Source of the DNA: Nitrospirota bacterium
GTDB lineage: Bacteria; Nitrospirota; Nitrospiria; Nitrospirales; Nitrospiraceae
Assembly: GCA_963703955.1 (NCBI GenBank)
Contig: CAVPGK010000010.1
Span: 32,001 to 96,000 of the forward strand
DNA length: 64,000 bases
Reading direction: 5' to 3'
Every line of letters begins with the position of its first letter. Position 1 is the first letter of the stretch. Positions 33,044 to 42,147 of this stretch are shown here, piece by piece. A model generated the notes under the pieces. The model was not told the origin of the DNA and did no database searches. It saw only the letters and a list, made by a program, of their open reading frames with translations. The position numbers and the translations under genes are program-made.

Positions 33044-35452
33044 TTAGACGTTGTCTCCCTCCGTCGTGGTCCTCCGCCTCGTTGCCGCTTTCACCTTACC
33101 CCATTGCCAGTCGGTGATCTCGGGCATGTCTTCGCCGTACGTGGCGATGTATTCTTTGTGTGCGAGGAGCTTGTCGCGAACTGCTTGCTTGGCATAGGCG
33201 GCGCGGGACCCGAGTTGCGGCAGCCGATCAATCACGTCGCCGAAGAGGTGGAACCGGTCGAGATCATTCATTACCACCATGTCGAACGGCGTGCTCGTTG
33301 TCCCTTCCTCCTTGTAGCCGCGCACGTGCAGGTTCTTGTGGTTTGTCCGCCGGTAGGTGAGCCGATGGATGAGCCAGGGGTAGCCGTGGAAGGCAAACAC
33401 GATCGGCTTGTCCTTGGTGAACAGCGCATCGAAGTCCAGATCGGACATGCCGTGCGGGTGCTCGCTCGGCGGCTGCAGTTTCATCAGGTCGACGACATTA
33501 ATGACACGGATCTTCACAGCGGGGAGATGCTGACCGAACAGATCCACGGCGGCCAGCGTCTCCAGAGTAGGCACGTCTCCGCAACAGGCCATGACGACAT
33601 CCGGCTCTCCCTCCTTGTCATTGCTGGCCCATTCCCAGATTCCGATACCCGCTGTGCAGTGTTTGATCGCCTCTTCCATCGTCAACCACTGCGGGGCCGG
33701 TTGCTTGCCCGCGACGATGACGTTCACATAATTGCGGCTGCGCAGACAGTGATCGGTGACCGACAACAGTGTGTTGGCATCCGGCGGCAGATAGACGCGC
33801 ACGACCTTCGCTTTCTTGTTCACGACGTGATCAATGAAGCCGGGGTCCTGGTGACTGAACCCGTTGTGATCCTGCCGCCAGACGTGTGAGGACAGGAGAT
33901 AATTGAGCGAGGCGATCGGCCGCCGCCAAGGAATATCGTGGCAGACTTTCAGCCACTTGGCGTGCTGATTGAACATCGAGTCGATGATGTGAATGAACGC
34001 CTCGTAGCAGGAAAAAAACCCGTGCCGGCCGCTTAAGAGATACCCTTCCAGCCACCCCTGGCACTGGTGCTCACTGAGCATTTCCATCACACGGCCGTCA
34101 GGAGCCAAATGGTCATCGTAGGGATAGCGATCCGCCATCCACGCGCGATTGGTAACCTCCATCGCATCTTGCCAGCGGTTTGAGTTGTTCTCGTCCGGAC
34201 TGAACAGACGGAAATTGCGGCTCTTCATGTTCAGCTTCATCGTGTCGGCCAGGAACTTTCCCATGTGGCGGGTGGATTCTGCCGAGATGGCTCCCGGGGT
34301 CGTGACCTTGACGGCATAGTCTCGGAAGTCCGGCAGACGCAGGTCCCTGAGCAGAAGGCCGCCGTTGGCGTGCGGATTGTTGCTCATACGGCGTTCGCCC
34401 TTCGGCGGCAGATCAGCGAGCTCGGGGATCAGCCGACCGGTTTTATCGAACAACTCTTCTGGCTTGTAGCCCTTCATCCATTTCTCGAGGATCTTCACAT
34501 GCTCGGGCTTTTCGTGCATTTCACCCATTGGCACCTGGTGGCTGCGCCAGTAGTCCTCGGTCCGTTTGCCGTCGATTTCCTTCGGGCAGGTCCACCCCTT
34601 CGGTGAACGGAGGATGATCATCGGCCAGCGCGGCCGCTCCTTCACACCCTTCGTCCGCGCCTGGGTCTGGATGCTGCGGATTTGCTCCATACAGGTGTCG
34701 ATGGTGGCAGCCATGAGCTGGTGCATCTTGACCGGATCGCTGCCCTCGACAAAATGGGGCGTGTAGCCGTAGCCGCGGAAGAGCTGATCCAATTCTTCGT
34801 GGCTGATACGAGCCAGCACGCAAGGATTGGCGATCTTGTACCCGTTCAGGTGCAGGATCGGCAGCACGGCTCCGTCGGTCGCCGGGTTGAGGAACTTGTT
34901 GGAGTGCCAGGAGGTCGCCAATGGTCCGGTTTCCGCCTCGCCGTCGCCGACGACGCAGGCGACGATCAGGTCGGGATTGTCATACGCAGCCCCGTAGGCG
35001 TGAGAGATCGCATACCCCAATTCGCCGCCTTCGTGTATTGAGCCGGGGGTCTCGGGGGCCACGTGGCTGGGAATGCCTCCGGGGAACGAGAACTGCTTGA
35101 ACAGCCGCTGCATGCCCTCTTCGTCCTGTGCGATGTTCGGATAGACCTCCGAGTAGGTGCCTTCCATGTAGGCATTGGCGACGATGCCTGGGCCGCCATG
35201 GCCCGGACCGATAATGTAGATCATGTTAAGGTCCCGTGCCTTGATCGCTCGATTCAGATGGGCATAAATGAAATTCAGGCCCGGGGTGGTGCCCCAGTGA
35301 CCCAGCAGCCTCGCCTTCACATGTTCCTTACTCAGCGGCTTCTTCAGCAGCGGGTTATCGTACAGATAAATCTGCCCCACCGACAGATAGTTCGCCGCCC
35401 TCCAGTAGGCGTCGATCAATTTCAGTTCCTTCTGCGATAACGGATTTTCCAT
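33044..35452 (-). CDS. xfp: Xylulose-5-P/fructose-6-P phosphoketolase
   Basis: [58 protein letters not shown]. Confidence 0.97.
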   Translation of the reverse strand: MENPLSQKELKLIDAYWRAANYLSVGQIYLYDNPLLKKPLSKEHVKARLLGHWGTTPGLNFIYAHLNRAIKARDLNMIYIIGPGHGGPGIVANAYMEGTYSEVYPNIAQDEEGMQRLFKQFSFPGGIPSHVAPETPGSIHEGGELGYAISHAYGAAYDNPDLIVACVVGDGEAETGPLATSWHSNKFLNPATDGAVLPILHLNGYKIANPCVLARISHEELDQLFRGYGYTPHFVEGSDPVKMHQLMAATIDTCMEQIRSIQTQARTKGVKERPRWPMIILRSPKGWTCPKEIDGKRTEDYWRSHQVPMGEMHEKPEHVKILEKWMKGYKPEELFDKTGRLIPELADLPPKGERRMSNNPHANGGLLLRDLRLPDFRDYAVKVTTPGAISAESTRHMGKFLADTMKLNMKSRNFRLFSPDENNSNRWQDAMEVTNRAWMADRYPYDDHLAPDGRVMEMLSEHQCQGWLEGYLLSGRHGFFSCYEAFIHIIDSMFNQHAKWLKVCHDIPWRRPIASLNYLLSSHVWRQDHNGFSHQDPGFIDHVVNKKAKVVRVYLPPDANTLLSVTDHCLRSRNYVNVIVAGKQPAPQWLTMEEAIKHCTAGIGIWEWASNDKEGEPDVVMACCGDVPTLETLAAVDLFGQHLPAVKIRVINVVDLMKLQPPSEHPHGMSDLDFDALFTKDKPIVFAFHGYPWLIHRLTYRRTNHKNLHVRGYKEEGTTSTPFDMVVMNDLDRFHLFGDVIDRLPQLGSRAAYAKQAVRDKLLAHKEYIATYGEDMPEITDWQWGKVKAATRRRTTTEGDNV

Positions 35453-35491
35453 GACCTCTCCTTTCCCTCTGTTATAGTCGGCTCTGTCGAC

Positions 35492-36718
35492 TTATGGATC
35501 TACGCCTCGCACACACCGAACCGTCTCCCTGGCAATCCAGGTTTCTTCGTCCGCCGCGACCACGTAGGCCCCCAACCGCGATCCATCCACACTGATTTTT
35601 GCCGCGCGACCCGGCGCAAGCCCAATCGCCGCTCGATCGAGGTCACGGCTGAGTTCCAGGCCGCACCATTCCATGTTCTGGCAAATCCGCTCACGAATCT
35701 CCGGCGCGTTTTCTCCGATCCCGCCTCCGAAGACGACGGCATCTGCGCCATCCAAGACGGCAAGGTAGGCGCCGAGATACTTTCGCGCCCGATAGCAGAA
35801 CAGATCAATGGCGAACTCCGCCCGTTTGTCCTGCTCCTGCTCGGCCGCGCGGAGCAACTCCCGCATATCGTTTGACCGCCCGGACAGTCCGAGGAGGCCC
35901 GACCGCTCGTTGAGCCACCGCTCGACTTCAGCTGCTTCGACCTTCTCCCGATCGGACAAGTAGCCGACAATGGAAGCATCCACATCGCCCGAGCGTGTCC
36001 CCATCACCAATCCCTCCAGCGGAGTGAACCCCATCGAGGTTTCGACCGACCGGCCTTGTGCGATCGCGGCGACGGAGCAGCCATTGCCCAACTGTAGGGT
36101 GATCAGACGCATCTGCTCAAGCGGATTCCCCGTATAGGCCGCGTACCCGTTCGCGAGCGAGGCATGCGCAATCCCGTGAAAACCATAGCGGCGAATCCGA
36201 TGCCGCTCTGCCAGGTCAACAGGGAGTGCATACTGCTTGGCGACATGCGGCATGGTTTGGTGAAAGGCCGTATCAAAGACGGCGACCATTGGTAACGCCG
36301 GACCAAACGCCGCGCGCGCTCCGCGAATTCCCGCGAGACACGAAGGATTATGCAGCGGAGCCAGTTCCGACAGCGCATCGATTCCGGCCTCAACCTGCTC
36401 AGTAATCATTGTGGACTTCACGTACTGATCTCCTCCGTGCACCACCCGATGCCCGACCGCTTCGATCTCGCCCAGAGAACCGGCCAGGCGATCGAGCAGA
36501 ACCCGCAACGCATGCGCATGGTCCCGAATCTCCAAGGTCGTCGTCGAACGGCCTACAGTCTGTCCCATCACCTCGAAGGTTGCGACCCCCCCGATGCCTT
36601 TCACGGCGGCTTGGAGCAATACCGGTTGAGTTGTCAGTATTCCTCTCGGCTCCTCAACGACGTGAACAAGCCGAAATTTGATTGACGAGCTCCCGCTGTT
36701 GATCACCAGAACCTGCAT
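35492..36718 (-). CDS. ackA: Acetate kinase
   Basis: VINSGSSSIKF, GHRVVHGG, APLHNP, FDTAFH, RYGFHG, TSMGFTPLEGLVMGTRSGD, GGIGEN. Confidence 0.95.
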   Translation of the reverse strand: MQVLVINSGSSSIKFRLVHVVEEPRGILTTQPVLLQAAVKGIGGVATFEVMGQTVGRSTTTLEIRDHAHALRVLLDRLAGSLGEIEAVGHRVVHGGDQYVKSTMITEQVEAGIDALSELAPLHNPSCLAGIRGARAAFGPALPMVAVFDTAFHQTMPHVAKQYALPVDLAERHRIRRYGFHGIAHASLANGYAAYTGNPLEQMRLITLQLGNGCSVAAIAQGRSVETSMGFTPLEGLVMGTRSGDVDASIVGYLSDREKVEAAEVERWLNERSGLLGLSGRSNDMRELLRAAEQEQDKRAEFAIDLFCYRARKYLGAYLAVLDGADAVVFGGGIGENAPEIRERICQNMEWCGLELSRDLDRAAIGLAPGRAAKISVDGSRLGAYVVAADEETWIARETVRCVRGVDP

Positions 36719-36755
36719 GTCAACGCTGAAGCCTCAGAGCATAGGGAGGGTGTCG

Positions 36756-37823
36756 TCAGTCATCGTGCCAGTCCGAGCGATGCGCCGGCTCACTCGCACC
36801 GGACGGCTCGCGCTCCAGCTTGTCGGTATAGCGGCCCAATGCCGCCTCGCTGTTGCACTTGGCCCGATGATGGAAGGCCTGTTGGCCCGCCTTCAAGTTT
36901 TCCTTTTGTCCGTGCCAGGCCTCCAGCGCCACGTCCTGCAGGGCGCGACCGTATGAAAAACTGATCGACCAGGGTTTCGGTCCGCTCAGGCGATTGATGG
37001 CATCGAGATGCGCGGTCGCCGTCACGCTCGGCTGTCCGCCGGACAAGAACACGATGCCGGGAACAGCCGCCGGCACATGCCGGAGCAAGCAGCGCAACGT
37101 AGCCGTTGCGACCTCCTGCACGGAGGCCTGCTTGGGACAAACTTTTCCGGCGATCACCATGCTGGGTTTTAGGAGCATGCCTTCCAGCCGGACGCACTGT
37201 TCGAAGAGCGCGTCGAAGACCGTATGGAGCACTGAACTCGTGACCTCCTCGCAGCGTTCGATGGTATGAGCCCCGTCCATCAGAACCTCTGGCTCCACGA
37301 TCGGCACGATGCCTTGCTCCTGGCACAGGGCAGCATACCGAGCCAGCGCATGGGCGTTGACGTTCACACACATTGAGCGGGGTAGTGCGTCGGTGATGCG
37401 AATGACCGCCCGCCACTTGGCGAATCGCGCGCCCATGGCCGCGTATTCCTTCAGGCGGTCCCGGAGCCCATCGAGCCCTTCGGTCATTTTTTCCTCCGGT
37501 GAACCGGCAAGCACCTTTGCGCCGGTATCCACTTTGATCCCCGGAATGATCCCTTGCTTGGACAACCCCTCGGCCAACGATATACCCGCGGCGTTCTTCT
37601 GGCGGATGGTCTCGTCATACATGATGACGCCGCTGATAAAAGCGGCAGCTCCCGGCGTCGTAAAAAGCATTTCGCGATAGGAACGGCGGCTGTCCTCGGT
37701 GGAGGCAATCTTCAGAGCGTCGAATCGCTTGGTCAGGGTCGGCACCGTTTCGTCGGCAGCCAGAATGCCCTTTCCTGCGACAACCAGAGCCTTTGCCGTC
37801 TTTTCCAGTTCCTGTCGTCCCAT
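36756..37823 (-). CDS. Class I fructose-bisphosphate aldolase (eukaryote-like)
   Basis: GKGILAADE, GIKVDTG, FAKWR, PIVEPEV, LLKPSM, FLSGGQ, FSYGRALQ. Confidence 0.95.
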   Translation of the reverse strand: MGRQELEKTAKALVVAGKGILAADETVPTLTKRFDALKIASTEDSRRSYREMLFTTPGAAAFISGVIMYDETIRQKNAAGISLAEGLSKQGIIPGIKVDTGAKVLAGSPEEKMTEGLDGLRDRLKEYAAMGARFAKWRAVIRITDALPRSMCVNVNAHALARYAALCQEQGIVPIVEPEVLMDGAHTIERCEEVTSSVLHTVFDALFEQCVRLEGMLLKPSMVIAGKVCPKQASVQEVATATLRCLLRHVPAAVPGIVFLSGGQPSVTATAHLDAINRLSGPKPWSISFSYGRALQDVALEAWHGQKENLKAGQQAFHHRAKCNSEAALGRYTDKLEREPSGASEPAHRSDWHDD

Positions 37824-37958
37824 TGTGGGTGGCCTCCTCTGAAATAGGATTGTGGGCTCCCGAGACCGTTAGTAGCTCACCTTGGCGCCAATGGACGGAA
37901 CAGGCACACCGTGCCGCAAAACCACACAGCCCTCCATCCTCTGCGCGAGCCGTGCTTC

Positions 37959-38375
37959 CTACTTGAGGCGGCTCATCTCCAGGTAATGGTGATGGCCGTT
38001 AGTCAGGGCCGCTTGGATCACCAGCAACGGCACGCCAGCCTTAGTATGAAGCGTCAGCATCGCAATCCCCTGTTTCCCGTTCGCAACCACCGTCCCGTCG
38101 ACTATGGTTAGGATCCCGGTCCCCAATAACACTTCTTCGCCGCGATTGCTGATGAAATTGAACCGCCCTTCTTCTCTGATGATCAACATGACATAGGCGT
38201 CGTTCCGCATCTCCGGCACCGTCTGGCTGACACCTTGCCAGTCCCCCGCAATCGTAGCGAAGGAGGAGACGGGAAGGGTCTTGAGATCAGACACCGGTTG
38301 CCGCATTGCACAACCGAGGCCCGCTGACCACAAGCAGGCCAGAGCGAAAAGCTTCCAGTTCGTGAGCCGATTCAT
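37959..38375 (-). CDS. Hypothetical lipoprotein
   Basis: Signal peptide with LGC lipobox and a beta-rich body. Confidence 0.7.
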   Translation of the reverse strand: MNRLTNWKLFALACLWSAGLGCAMRQPVSDLKTLPVSSFATIAGDWQGVSQTVPEMRNDAYVMLIIREEGRFNFISNRGEEVLLGTGILTIVDGTVVANGKQGIAMLTLHTKAGVPLLVIQAALTNGHHHYLEMSRLK

Positions 38376-38462
38376 TTTGTTCCCCTGGCTACAAGACGCT
38401 GCTTATCGAAGCTCAAACCATGTCCTCCCGCTCTTTTCTTGGCCGCATGGACGCCTCAGGTC

Positions 38463-39722
38463 TCAAATGACCCCATAGGCCTTTAAGTGCCTCGCGGTGC
38501 TTCTGATGAAGACTGTGAAGACGGTAATGACGGGAATCGCAAGGATAGCACCGACAAGACCAAACATCAGCGTGCCGCCCACGAACCCGATGATGATCAC
38601 GAGAGGATGAAGCTGTACCGCCCCACCGAGCACGAGCGGTTCATAGACCGCGTTCTTCGTGAGCTCGGCCAGTGCCACGACCACAATGACCCAGATCGCG
38701 AAGCTCTCCGTCTCCACGATCGGCAATACGGGATGGAACTCCTCCCCGAAGAAAGCATAAGCGAGCCCCGCCAGTAAGGCGACCATGGATCCCAGGTAGG
38801 GGACCACGTTGGTCACCGCCGCTAATACACCGATGGCAAACGCCCAGCGGAGGGGCACGCCGATGAGGGCAAGGAACAGCATAATGGTGAGGCCGAGCAA
38901 GGAGCACGACAAGGAGACCCCCCGCAAGTAATCGCCCACCGCACGGTCCAAATCCGCCAGAATGTCGAGCACCGGCTCGAAGAGCCTATTCGGGACAAGT
39001 GTGAGAAGACCACGCTTGATCTCGCCCGTATCGCGGAGCAGAAAGAAGAACACCAGAGGCGCGATGAGCCAGGTGGAGAGCAGATCACCAAGCACCGTAA
39101 GAGGCGATCGCACAAACTTGGTCCACCCTTGGCCGAAAGCCTGGTCTGCGCCGCCCCCCGTGCCGGGAGCGGTGGACAGTGTCCGGCCCCGCGCCGTGCG
39201 TGTCAACAGATTGGCACGGTATTCACTGAGCAATTGGTCTGAGCCTGGCCCGACCAACGGTCCCGCATGGGTCGCAATAAACTCAGCCTGCTCTTCCGGC
39301 GACAGAGCGAGCACCTCGTTGACGTGATCCATGAGCGGATCGACGTCCCTGTGCACGAGTCGGTAGGGGCGGTTTCCGGTCGTCGGCGACTGATCGAGGC
39401 CCATCAACGCCTTGTAACGCTCGTTGGCGCCATAGAGCGCGTGGACTTTCATCTCGATGAGTTTGTGTTCCGTGGGAACGACCGCCTGTACGCCGACAAT
39501 GATGACCAGGCACGCCAAATTGAAGCCGGCCAGCAGAAGCCCAATTGCCAGGCCACGCCCCACATGATGACGCTCCAGACCAGTCACGAGAGGACGACAG
39601 ACGTACGCCAGCAGGCCGCTCACCGTAAGGGGGAGAATCAAACTCCGCAGCTCCCAGGTGAGATAGGCGGCGAGCACTATGCCCGCCGCGACGATAACCG
39701 GTTTCCATAAAACGTCGCTCAC
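38463..39722 (-). CDS. AI-2E family membrane transporter with a large hydrophilic loop
   Basis: LLAYVCRPLV, FFFLLRD, YLRG, NVVPYLG, LHPLVII, GAILAIP. Confidence 0.88.
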   Translation of the reverse strand: MSDVLWKPVIVAAGIVLAAYLTWELRSLILPLTVSGLLAYVCRPLVTGLERHHVGRGLAIGLLLAGFNLACLVIIVGVQAVVPTEHKLIEMKVHALYGANERYKALMGLDQSPTTGNRPYRLVHRDVDPLMDHVNEVLALSPEEQAEFIATHAGPLVGPGSDQLLSEYRANLLTRTARGRTLSTAPGTGGGADQAFGQGWTKFVRSPLTVLGDLLSTWLIAPLVFFFLLRDTGEIKRGLLTLVPNRLFEPVLDILADLDRAVGDYLRGVSLSCSLLGLTIMLFLALIGVPLRWAFAIGVLAAVTNVVPYLGSMVALLAGLAYAFFGEEFHPVLPIVETESFAIWVIVVVALAELTKNAVYEPLVLGGAVQLHPLVIIIGFVGGTLMFGLVGAILAIPVITVFTVFIRSTARHLKAYGVI

Positions 39723-40318
39723 TCCGAGTCCTTTTGCTCGCTGGTCAGCTCCTCGACGAGCATTTGAAATTTCAGGGCGGTGATCTGGGCCACCTTCGCA
39801 AGAAGCTTGTTGGCCAGGAGTGGAAAGTTGTGGCTGAGTGTCTCCAGGTCAGAACGTCCAAGTGCAACTATGGAGACTGGGCCACGAGCCCGCGCGGAAT
39901 ACCAATGCACGGCTTCGGCTGCCATGAGGACGGATTCATCTAATGAGGCAGGCGGCTGCAGGATAGCCAGATGCACTTCCCTGCCATCATGGCTTCGCCT
40001 CAGGATCTCAACGGTACCGGTGCGGATGACAAATATGGCTGCGCCGGGTTTCCCTTGCTCGAAGATGTACTCGCCATCCCGGTAGCTTCGTTCATGCACG
40101 TGCCGGGCGAGCCGCCTGAGATCCCCAACTCCGAGGTCCTCGAAGAGCTGGACCCGTTTCAGGAAGTCCTCGAGACCCTGGCCGCTCTCCTTGGTCGAGG
40201 TTCTCGGAAGAAACCCGAACAGCGCGCGTGTTGGGCCTCCGGTCCCCATCACGTCCAAGCCTTTTACCGGAAACAAGAGCTTTTTGATACCGATCAGTTT
40301 GAATTTTGTCTGCGTCAT
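39719..40318 (-). CDS. Stand-alone cyclic nucleotide-binding domain protein
   Basis: FLKRVQLFEDL, YRDGEYIFEQGKPGAAIFVIRTGTVEI. No HTH. GTGA overlap with the AI-2E gene. Confidence 0.85.
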   Translation of the reverse strand: MTQTKFKLIGIKKLLFPVKGLDVMGTGGPTRALFGFLPRTSTKESGQGLEDFLKRVQLFEDLGVGDLRRLARHVHERSYRDGEYIFEQGKPGAAIFVIRTGTVEILRRSHDGREVHLAILQPPASLDESVLMAAEAVHWYSARARGPVSIVALGRSDLETLSHNFPLLANKLLAKVAQITALKFQMLVEELTSEQKDSE

Positions 40319-40444
40319 GTTACGTCACTGACGTGCGTCATTTGGTTGTTCGTGGGCTACCGACGAGACGCCGCTTAGGCACGGCCTCCGAGACGCGCCT
40401 AGCTTACAACTTCTCGGGCGCCGTCGCCAGCCAGGATGTCGACG

Positions 40445-41282
40445 TCATGCAATCGTAATGTCATTACAGAGATAGACGTCCTGCACCGCCTTCAGCAATG
40501 CCACGCCCTCTTTCATCGGACGCTGGAACGCCTTGCGCCCGGAAATCAGTCCCATCCCGCCCGCCCGCTTGTTGATCACCGCCGGTCCGGCCCATGTAGC
40601 AATTGGCCACCTGATACCGGCACAGATCGATCGGGTGCTCGGAAACGAGGTCGGTATAGATCCGCTCATCGAATTTGCCGTACCCGGAGGTGCCCATGTT
40701 CAGCGCGCGATAGCCGCCATTATTCTCCGGCAGCTTTTGCTTGATGATGTCCGCCTCGATCGTCACGCCGAGATGATTGGCCTGGCCAGTCAGATCCGCG
40801 GACACGTGGTAGTCCGAGTCTTTGAACGCACTGTTGCGGAGATAGCACCAGAGCACGGTGGCCAGCCCCGCGTCGTGGGCCTGGGCGAGCATCTGACTGA
40901 TCTCCACGATCTGCCGCGTGGCTTCCTGTGAGCCAAAATAGATGGTCGCCCCCACGGCGACAGCGCCCATGTCAACGGCTTGTTTCACCGTGCCAAAGGG
41001 AACCTGGTCGAATTTGTTGGGATAGGTCAGCAGCTCGTTATGGTTGATCTTCACGATGAACGGAATCCTGTGCGCGTACCTTCTGGACACGATGCCGAGC
41101 ACACCGAACGTCGAGGCCCAGATGGGCTCTTGCGGATCGAAACGCAGAAATCGTTGCCACAGACAGTATGCGACCGGCGCCAGAGCCATCGGCGTTCCCG
41201 GATGGCCCGAGTTCGCCTGTTGGATGGCATCCATGGACTAGGTACGGATCGTGGTGATACAGAGCTGGTCTTTGTCCATCAT
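40445..41282 (-). pseudogene. Chimeric transketolase N-terminus fused to a DhnA-type class I aldolase (FbaB) fragment
   Basis: [28 protein letters not shown]...DPQEPIW joined to ASTFGVLG...KINHNELL...ADIIKQK...NCYMGR, then [20 protein letters not shown] in another frame. Confidence 0.88.
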
Positions 41283-41305
41283 CTGCGACTGCTCCTCACG
41301 GCCGT

Positions 41306-42115
41306 TCAGTACTTCTCCCGGACGAATGTTCGCCCTACCAACGACGCTTGATCGTCGTATTTCTGTTTCTTCGATCGCTTGGGCATCTGCACTTTGTCGC
41401 GCCGGATCTTCCTGTAGGGGACGAGCTGGAGCAGATGGGAGATAGAGTTGAGGCGCGCCCGTTTCTTGTCGTCCGACCGGACGATGTACCAGGGCGCGTG
41501 CTTGGTGTCCGTGGCCTCCAGCATCAGGTCGCGCGCGCGCGAGTACTCGTACCACTTTTCCCGTGATGGCAGATCCATAGGACTGAGCTTCCACTGGCGA
41601 AGGGGATCGTCGATGCGGGCCTCGAACCGTCGCTCCTGTTCCTCGTTGCTCACCTCGAGCCAGTACTTGATCAGCATGATTCCACTTTCCACGACATGCT
41701 TTTCGAACAGCGGACAGAGCTCGAGGAAACGGTCGCGCTGCTCCTTGGTGCAAATGCCCATGACGTACTCGACCCCGGCACGGTTATACCAACTCCGGTC
41801 GAAGATCACGATCTCGCTGGCCGCCGGGAAATGTTGGAGATAGCGCTGGGCATGCAGCTGAGTCTTCTCGCGGTCTGTGGGCGCCGGGAGCGCCACGACA
41901 CGGAAAACCCGGGGGCTGACGCGCTCGGTGATGGCGCGAATGGTGCCTCCCTTTCCGGCGCCGTCGCGTCCCTCGAACACCACGATGATCCGGAGGCCTT
42001 TCTGTTTGACCCAGTCCTGCAGGAGGCACAGCTCAGCCTGAAGCCGGCGCAGCTCATTCTCGTAGGCCTTGCGTTTTAGCTTGGGCTTTACGTCGTCTTG
42101 GTTGTCTTTGGCCAT
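41306..42115 (-). CDS. ppk2: Polyphosphate kinase 2
   Basis: FEGRDGAGKGG Walker A, FDRSWYNRAGVE, WKLSPMD, APWYIV, DDKKRARLN. Confidence 0.95.
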   Translation of the reverse strand: MAKDNQDDVKPKLKRKAYENELRRLQAELCLLQDWVKQKGLRIIVVFEGRDGAGKGGTIRAITERVSPRVFRVVALPAPTDREKTQLHAQRYLQHFPAASEIVIFDRSWYNRAGVEYVMGICTKEQRDRFLELCPLFEKHVVESGIMLIKYWLEVSNEEQERRFEARIDDPLRQWKLSPMDLPSREKWYEYSRARDLMLEATDTKHAPWYIVRSDDKKRARLNSISHLLQLVPYRKIRRDKVQMPKRSKKQKYDDQASLVGRTFVREKY

Positions 42116-42147
42116 CGTTCTACTCGTCAGGTCGTCACGCCACTGTT

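Noticed and set aside
41238..41240. In-frame TAG as pyrrolysine or recoding
   Set aside because: It replaces a Leu codon in an already chimeric pseudogene, and TAG is used as a normal stop elsewhere in the window.
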